A program made the position numbers and the translations under genes. A DNA stretch of 59,283 nt from assembly GCF_001194135.2 (NCBI RefSeq), contig NC_068983.1, forward strand, positions 167,494,752-167,554,034, read 5' to 3'. Below, one piece after another: positions 51,048-59,283 of this stretch (positions within the stretch are counted from its first letter, which is position 1; each line of letters starts with the position of its first letter). Source of the stretch: Octopus bimaculoides (taxonomy: Eukaryota). The notes under the pieces were generated by a model that had not been told where the DNA came from, searched no databases, and was given only the letters and a program-made list of their open reading frames with translations.

Positions 51048-53199
51048 GTACCAGGCATTCACAAAGGAATAGAGAGAGAGAGAGAGACAGACTGTCTGAA
51101 GACTATGGAAATATTTACCAATTCAAAGACTATGAAAATATCTACAAAATATTTTGCTTAATTTTTTCTCCAATTTAATTGTTTTTCTTATTTTACTCTT
51201 AAATGAAAAAGTCTAAAAAGATGGAAACCGGTACTAAAATGTACTTCATGATAAAATCATTTTAGCATTTTCTACCTTGTCTTATTTTCCTTATACATAT
51301 CAGCTCGTGTGTCATTTTACTACCTTTTACATNNNNNNNNNNNNNNNNNNNNNNTATATATATATATATATGTGTGTGTGTGTGCATACACAACAGGCTT
51401 CCATACAGTTTCCATCTACCATATACACTCACAAGGCATTGGTTGGTCCAGTGCTATAGTAGAGGGGACTTGCCCAATGTACTACACAGTGGGACTGAAC
51501 CCAAAACCATATGGTTACAAAGTGGGCTTCTTAACCACACAGGCAAAGAACAAAGGATTGAATTATTCTTCTTGAGAAGTAGAAAATGAAACTTCAGGTG
51601 TGAAACAGAACCGAACCCATGTTGCTATTTTCAGGATCTGGTTTTGTACTGATCTAAACCAGGGAAACTTATATTTTTAGAATACTGAATCTAAGTTCTG
51701 ACTTAGACTTGGGTCTGTCATGAGTTCCAGGACCTATAAAGACAAGAGATTAACCTGGTTTCTATAATGTATAAGTGAATGAGATTATAATTCTTCCCTT
51801 AGAAGGGACACTGGACTGTTACAGAGTGAACTTCTCAGCTATTGTTGGAACTCACAGCTGACTGGACTGGAGCAGTGTAAAATGAAATGGTTTGCTCAGG
51901 AACACAACATACTGCCCAGTGCAGGAATTGAAACCCTGATGGTTCAATTGTGAGTGAAACACCCCAACTTCTTCAAAAAGAAGAAGAAAAAGAAAGGGTT
52001 TGTGTTGGGAATGTTCTGTTTTACTCCCCTTTCAAGTTTTATCTTTATTATCCATTTGCAAAGTGAAGTTATTGTACAAACTCTAAATTTTTCTATCCAA
52101 ACAGACATGCCATGTCTAAAACAATTAATACAATGAACTGAAGGCATTTTTGTTTTAAACTTGGCATTAATGGCTGAGGCTAAAGCAAATATAAACTTAG
52201 TGTGAACTGACAATAACTGATATGGTCTATTCATTTAGTTTCCTTTTCACTTCAAGCAAATTGCCTTCACAAAAATGAGAGAGAATATAATGCTAGGATT
52301 CATTGGTTTATATTTGCTAAAGTTATCTAACAGATAACTGGAAAAAGGAATAAAGAGAAAGACAACAAGATTGTTTTGATTTGTGGACAATGTTTTAAGT
52401 CATCAAATTTTCATTAATAGCTTCTTTTTTTTTTCATACTTTGGTAGAATGTTTTTATTTTATTTTCATTAAAGTTGTGAGAACAATCATATATTTCAGA
52501 GCACTTATCAATGACATTATTATCGCTAATAAGTTCTTAATCAATTTTTCTAAATTAAATTAGCTCTAAAGACCTCCGAAAAGTAAAGCTAGAAGGCCAG
52601 AAACACTGGTATTGCTGTCCCAGGGTCCTCTTACTCCAATGTATCGAGTGTGTTATGAACACACATTTATCTGAAAGATGAAGTTGCTAAAATACAACAA
52701 CAATTAACACATTCACGTCCAAATTTGCCAGAACATACTGAGAATGACTATGTCTATCATCATTTGATTCTCACTGTTCACCCATACACATGAAGATTTA
52801 TTATTAGCTGGCACTATTCTAAGACACACAGATTAATTTCTATATAGCATCAGGTAAGATATTATTAGATCTAAGGAACTAGAAATGAGCTGCTGGAATT
52901 CGTAGAGCAGATCAAAATAGAACTGCAGGTACCAACTATATTAGTTTGTGCCTAATATCTTAGTTAATCCACAATTAGCAGTTTGCATAATTTGATAAAA
53001 TGGATAATTGAACTCCCAGAAGAATCACATCTGTTGGAAACCAATCTGTACTGCTTTAGTTATGGTTGTTGGTGTTGTTGTTGGTGGTGTTACTCATCCC
53101 AAGACATTCTTTTCCTGAAGCAGACCTATGCTGAAAGACATTCCAACCATGGCCATTCAGTGTTTTTTTTAAGGGGTATACAGAGAACTTCATAATCTA

Positions 53200-54350
53200 A
53201 ATGTGTTCTGGAAGTATGTACATTCAAAGCAGAGACCTCATTCTCCAGTTGGTCCCCTTTGCAATCCCCACACAGGCCAGATTACTGACAATCCCAAAGA
53301 ATGTGCAGAAATTATTGCTGGTTGCTATGCAGGCATCTTTACTGTTGAAAATCAAAATGTTCCATCTCCATCACCTCTGACACAGGACTCTATAACTGCT
53401 ATGACATTTACACCAGCAATGCTACAACGCCACCTTAAGAATAAACGTAACTATGCCTCTCCTAGTCTCGATGGTGTTACATACCTACTTCTCAAACGTG
53501 GTGGGCACTTCTTCTGAACCAGCTTTCACTATTCTCTCAATTCTGTCTTGATGATGGTGTTACTCACTAATCTCAAAAAGTCTTCTTGTGAACATGACCT
53601 GGGCATTATTGTCGACAGCTATTTGCGTTGGACAAAACACATTGCTAAAATTGCCAAGAAGGCTGAGGGTGTCTTGGCATCACTTACCAAGTCCTTTGTG
53701 AGCCACTCTCCAGCTATCTATCTGAGGCTTTATATAGCTATGGTGCAGCTTCACCTGAAATTTGCGTCTCCGGTCTGGAACCCCTATCTTGCTCAGGATA
53801 TTAATCGTCTGGAAACCGTTCAGCAATGTGCAACCAAGAGAATACCCTCCGTCAAGCATTTGCCATATTCTGAACGCCTTGCTTCCCCGGGCATGGATAC
53901 ATTGAAACTCTGACATCTGGCAACTGACTTGGCAGACACCCATAAAATTATTAACCATCTTACTAACAATAACTCTGAGCACCTTTTCAGACTCCACCTG
54001 TCTAACACCTGTGGACATGTTTACAAAGTCAGAAAACAGCACAGCTCCCATGACTTTCGGAAACCCTTTTTCACGCTAAGAGTTGCTGAAGAATGGAACA
54101 AACTGCCAGCATCAGTTGTTGGCTGTCGAAGCATTGTATCCTTTAAAACATCCATGCTTTTTGAGATTCGCCAACACCACGCCTGATTTTCTCCCCCTCC
54201 ATACGCACGCAAGCATGTATCTGACTCATACACTGTTCACTTTCCAGACATTTGTACATTGCTGCATATATGCACTTACTGCTTTATACGCACTTTTGAC
54301 AAGTTGTAGTTCACCTGAGCACCGTATACAATAATTTCATTATTATTTTT
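53200..54350 (+). mobile_element. Degenerate CR1-clade LINE with the RT core deleted
   Basis: FWKYV...SPSLDGV...LLK joins near 53570 to CEHDLGIIVDSYLRWTKHI, MVQLHLKFASPVWNPY...IN.LE.VQ..ATK, GHVYKVRK...FFTLRVAEEWNKLPASVV...SFK; short ATT tail. Confidence 0.88.
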
Positions 54351-57254
54351 AAATGAGTCCCTGTTCTTATTTAAAACAGTTAAGATATAATTTGAGGATG
54401 ATTTTGGCTGCTATTTCTTGCAGGTCGAGTGGCCACATAAAGGCTACAACATTCAAAGTGATGGAAAGTACAAAAGAAATATTTATTTTCATAAAACACC
54501 TTTGAAGTAATATTACTTTATTGTTTTATTTTTATAACAAAAGCCTTTGAGAACAGGAAACAGACCTGCCTCTGCATGTTATGAAAAAACCAGATCTAAT
54601 GGAATCATTTCATTCAGTCAATAAGGCAGGTCTTTTTTTTTTTTTGTTTTTTTTCTTTTTTCTTATACAGGCATGTGACTTCAGACTTTTTTTATGAATG
54701 AAGAAATCAAACAAATGGTGGTCATGTAAGATTTTTTTTTCTCTTTTTCTTTTTCGGAAGGGCAGTATTGACTTTATTCTAGTAAAATGTCAACAAAATA
54801 TGAATGAATGAAAACTGGGTGGATGACTTTGGTTTGCTTTGCCCCTCATTCGTTTTTCATATGTTATCAATGTCAGAAAAAGTACCAGAAAAGAGACAAG
54901 AGTACCACATTCATTCAATATATTAGAGATATTCCTAAGAGTACCTCATTCATTCACTTTATTATTAATGTCAGTAAGGGTGCTGCGTTCATTCATTGTA
55001 TCAAAGTAAGTTTCTGAGACAACAAGTCTATGTATAACAAGGGTCATAAAAGTGGTCAATATCGACCCTGGTGGAGACGTGTGTGTGTGTGTGTGTAGGG
55101 AGTGTGTAGGGAGTGTCTATATGGCTGTCCAAGGAATCAACAAACATCTGAGACGGTTTTGAGCAAAAATAGATGAGCAAGTGTACTCACTAATTTTCAG
55201 CCAAATATTTGATGCAAAGACTAGTATTCACCAAACATATATTTCACTTTAAATATTCCAACTATATCAATATGACTGAATTTTCATTGTTCTTTATCAA
55301 TTTCATTAAGTGTATGTTCATTAAATTTCCGTAAGTATTTCCTACTAAAAAGTGGTAAAGATACAATAAACGAAAGGAATTATTGTTTGTAAATCAAATG
55401 CTGTTTTGCTGCCAATTTTCAATCTCTTCAATTCCTGCTCGAATTGATTTCATATTCGGTGTAATGATATGGTTTTATATGCTAATCACTGCTTTGACAT
55501 TCATTAATGAAGAGCTAATTAGCTTTTAAAGTTTGAAAATTTGGTGTAATTTTAACCAGTCATAAGCCACAGATACATTCATGCCTGTTTCCATACTAAC
55601 AAACCAAGCATGAGAACTCTTTTGTCTGCAAGAAAGCATGTGTTGACAAATATTTCCACTCATTGAGGTGGCCATCAGATGTGCTAAAAATAACAGCCAA
55701 ATAAGCCTTAAATCACACACCAAAACAATTTTTTGTTTTATTTTTGGGTAATCGCATGAATTCCCATGTTGTAGAATACAAATTCACAAGAATGTTCTAA
55801 AAATTCCCCAACATAAAAAAAGTGATGGGGGTGGGGGTTATATGGTGTGCATAAAGCAGAATTCCATTTGTTTACAGGGGACAACTCATACTGTCATGCA
55901 CAAAATGACAACTTCCAATTCCTGTTTTCTGATTGGGTGAAAATGATCAAACTTTAAACCTCTATAACTTTTTTTAAAAAGTTTTCTGGAAAAAGTGAAA
56001 TATCTCCTGCGATTCAGCTTGGAAAACTACACTAAGAGACCAAATTTTAAAATTTTCAATCAACTTGGCAGCCAAACTGTAAAGATACTAATTTTATTTA
56101 AAAAATTTACATGATGGCGGGAGTGGAGGGGGATAAGTTATTAATTCTATGAAGGGGGTCAATGATATAAGAATTTTGCTGGCCCCTGATTATAAAAAGA
56201 ACATGAGAGCAAACTATATTGGTGATGTTGCGTAAGCTGTGTCTATTTGATCATAGAAGCTGCTAACTATTATGATGCACTGAAAAACAGAGGTCAGTTT
56301 AATAATAGTAACAAATGAATGATGCTGTGAATGAATGCGTAGTGGTGGTGATGGGGGGGGGGTCAGCTTTTAGAAAATATTATTCCTTGAATAAATACTC
56401 ACTTGCGATAGTCTTTATCTTAGACATTTTTTTTTTAATTGAAGAGACTCAGGCAAAAATCGATTGTAATTACATTGCTAAACGCTAACACACAAAAACA
56501 ACAATCAATAATTTATAGAAATATATAATGGTAGGTGGGCTTTCTTTACAAGTACAATGTTAACAAGCAGCTGACACAATGTAATGATTAAGATATTTCA
56601 TCTACACAAGAAACAGAATGTGTGTGTGTGTGTTGACTAAACTGCATGGATGAACATACATATACATATGTGTATGTATATGTGTGAGTGTATGTGTGTG
56701 TATGTAGTTGAACCAGTGCATGAATGAGTATACCTACATGCATACAATCATGCACATATCCACATATATGCATATATATGTGCGTATGTATTGTATGTAT
56801 GTATGTATGTATGTATGTATGTATATGTATGTATGTATATATATATATGTATGTATATATATATATATGTATGTATATATATATATATATATATATGTAT
56901 GCATGTATGTGTATATATATGTGTGTATATATATATACATATATATGCATGTATGTGTGTACGTGAGTGTGTGCATGTATGTGTATGTCTGTGTGTGTGT
57001 GTGTGTGTGTGCATATATATATATATATCATATATCTTCTGCCATAAAGCAAATATGAACATATGTGTACTTCTCATATTCAAACAAGTAAATATACAAA
57101 TACACAGAAAAGATAGGCAGTAATATGATCCCTTTTCTGTCAGAGATTGTACCATAATGAAAGCTCCCATTGTATATGTCTTTAAACAAAGCAAGAAGAA
57201 GAGTAGCAGCCACAACAACAACAACAACGTTTTATTAATAAATAAGGGTTCACA

Positions 57255-57286
<32 letters not shown>

Positions 57287-57544
57287 AGAAGGAAGGTTTG
57301 TCTTCTGCGAATGGCAATAAATTTGATAAAACGATTCTTGTCCGAGTGAGTATAAAGACATTATCTGAAACTCAATTAACATTTTCTTTCTATTTTCATG
57401 TTATTTTTATTTAACCCTGGTTTGTTTGGACTGAGCTGACCTATCATCAAAAAGGCATTCTAACTGACCATCCTGACTTTTTGCACATCAGTAATTATAT
57501 TTTGCCATGTGTCTCTTATATATATATATATTTCACTTTATATA

Positions 57545-57960
57545 TATCCGTCTACCATCCTCTCTGCTCACGTGTGACCTGTGGTCAACTCTCTCTTTTC
57601 ACTCCTGCCACTATGAAGGCGAGACAAACTGTTTTTTTCTCCGTCCAGCTTCGTCCTATCATTTGCGTTCAATACCAGATTCGCGTTTGGCCGTACGGCT
57701 TTTTAATGTTGTTTTTACTGTCCATTTTTTCCTGTCTTGGTTTGTGTTTGCCACCTTGGAATCCCCTGTTTAGTGGGTCGATCCACTACTCAGGAAGAGA
57801 CTATTCTAGAGTACGTTCTGCCTTATCTTCGAAACGACTAGTTAGAATAGAGGCAGCTGACACAGGAAAAATTCCAAGTGGCTATCTGTTTTCCTATGTG
57901 TTCGTTCCGTTGTCTGTAGTTCATTTTTCTAATGTCCTGTACCCTGATATGCATCTATAT
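57545..57960. repeat. CpG-rich (young) interspersed repeat, possibly PLE-derived
   Basis: Retains many CpGs in otherwise depleted DNA and is flanked by (TA)n; contains ggaaga...gaaacgactagt (57793..57843). Confidence 0.4.
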
Positions 57961-58169
57961 ACACATGTAGATGTAAGTATGTACATATATGTGGGTATAC
58001 ATGCATACATATTCTTTGTATTATATATATACATATATATATAAATAATATATAAATATATATGCATATATCCATACATATATGTACATACCTACATCTA
58101 TATGTATACATACATGCATATATGGGTACAGATCCATATATGCATGTATGTATACATATAGATGTAGTT

Positions 58170-58857
58170 GTTATGTTTCTTTTGTCTAATAGCCCTGTCA
58201 ACCACATTGTTCCACCACCACGTTACTTTGGGTCAAGAGGGGACTTTGCACCATCCACAGACCTGGTCAGTGGCCCTCAGCAGGTTGTCCCATAGAAACC
58301 TCCAATTGTCTTCCACATTGAGTGATGCTATATCCCTTTCTATTTTGTCGAAGGCTTTGAGTAACACGTCTCTAAATCTCTGTCCATTTGCAGGATCTTT
58401 AAGCTTCCAGACCCTTCTCCTCCAAACTGGTCTACTTCTGGGCATCCATTTAGCCCTGATCCCAAAGTCGCTAACTAGTAATCTGTGTTAAGGTGTACAT
58501 TCTTCGCCTGGGAAGGTTTTGGCATTTATAAGCAGTCCTCTTTCCCTTTTTCTGGTGAGAATGTAGTCAATTTGGCTAGTGTGTCTACCAGATCATTAGG
58601 TGACTAGGTGACAGGTAGGTTTCCTGAAGTTAGTATTGCAAACCATAAGATCATTTGCATCACAGAACTCCAGCAGTTTGGTTCCCTCCTCATTGCGGGA
58701 ACCAAAGCCATAGCCGCCATGTAGGCCATGGAAGGCTCCTGCATGTTGTCCAACATGTCCATTGAAATCACCAGCCACAAAGAGAAGGTCCCTGTCATTC
58801 GTCAATGAGGTAGTCTGCAACAGGGTGTCATAAAACTGGTCTTTCTGCCCATCCGGT
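58170..58857 (-). mobile_element. RTE-clade LINE AP-endonuclease fragment (degenerate)
   Basis: PDGQKDQFYDTLLQTTSLTNDRDLLFVAGDFNGHVG...GYGFGSRNEEG..LLEFC...SQIDYIL...HRLLV...VWKLKD...WWWN; in-frame stops. Confidence 0.92.
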
Positions 58858-58863
58858 ATATAT

Positions 58864-59283
58864 TCAAACTACCTCGTCGACAAGAGACAGAGACCTTCTC
58901 TTTGTGGCTGGTGACTTCAATGGTCATGTCGGACGTCATGCTGGAGGCTTCCATGGCATACATGGAGGCTATGGCTTCGGTTCCCGCAACAAGGAGGGAA
59001 CCAGACTGCTGGAGTTCTGTGATGCAACCGATCTTATGGTTTGCAATACCAACTTCAGGAAACCTGCCTGTCACCTAGTCACCTACCAATCCGGCAGACA
59101 CTCTAGCCAAATCGACTACATCCTCGCCAGAACTAGACAAAGCGGGAGGCTTATAAATGCCAAAACCCTCCCTGGCGAAGAATGTACATCCCAACACAGA
59201 TTAGTAGTTAGCGACTTCGAGATCAAGGCAATATGGGTGCCCAGAAGTAGACCGGCCTGGGGGAGAAGGGTATGGAAACTTAA
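58864..59283 (+). mobile_element. RTE-clade LINE AP-endonuclease fragment, open frame to window end
   Basis: From 58865: QTTSSTRDRDLLFVAGDFNGHVGRHAGGFHGIHGGYGFGSRNKEGTRLLEFCD...SQIDYIL...QHRLVVSDF...VWKL, with no stop in 139 codons. Confidence 0.92.

Larger units (their letters stand above)
1471..51354. other. Assembly gaps: 1471-1944, 2984-3813, 8600-8935, 11017-11026, 12054-12237, 20039-20048, 30977-31126, 33942-34659, 36511-36520, 37422-37431, 48423-48581, 51333-51354
   Basis: N runs, mostly adjacent to microsatellites or family A repeats. Confidence 0.98.

Noticed and set aside
57481-58044. 187-aa ORF as a host gene
   Set aside because: Non-ATG start, both ends in (TA)-type repeats, the middle is an interspersed repeat, and there is no recognisable domain.
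3-59074. Dozens of ORFs rich in YI, CV, HT, ER, SL, poly-I/L/M/H or X
   Set aside because: They are translations of (TA)n, (CA)n, (GA)n, (TTA)n and (CAT)n microsatellites or N-gaps, not proteins.

Overview
Eukaryotic, AT-rich, microsatellite-dense genomic DNA with 12 N-gaps. The repeat landscape suggests an octopus or other coleoid cephalopod (inference, no search run). Only one intact protein-coding gene can be supported: a single-exon methyl-end (omega-x; omega-3/Delta12-type) fatty acid desaturase at 9519..10778 (+), with three complete His boxes. It lies in a CpG-retaining domain (~7.4-15.9 kb) flanked by CpG-depleted DNA. The remainder is decayed mobile DNA: Penelope-like element (PLE) GIY-YIG and RT fragments with hammerhead-like motifs, RTE LINE fragments whose 3' UTR accounts for the commonest short repeat, several R4/Dong-like RLE LINEs sitting in (TAA)n tracts, a CR1-like LINE, a mariner end, tRNA-derived SINEs and MITEs. 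Most worth following up: the intronless desaturase with a codon-usage step, a GC-rich fold-back element containing telomeric repeats (14882..15074), a 110-bp inverted repeat carrying a hammerhead core (4482..4812), a head-to-head RTE endonuclease pair (58170..59283) and a locally triplicated 110-bp unit (48946..51047). Almost all other ORFs in the track are microsatellite or N-gap artefacts.
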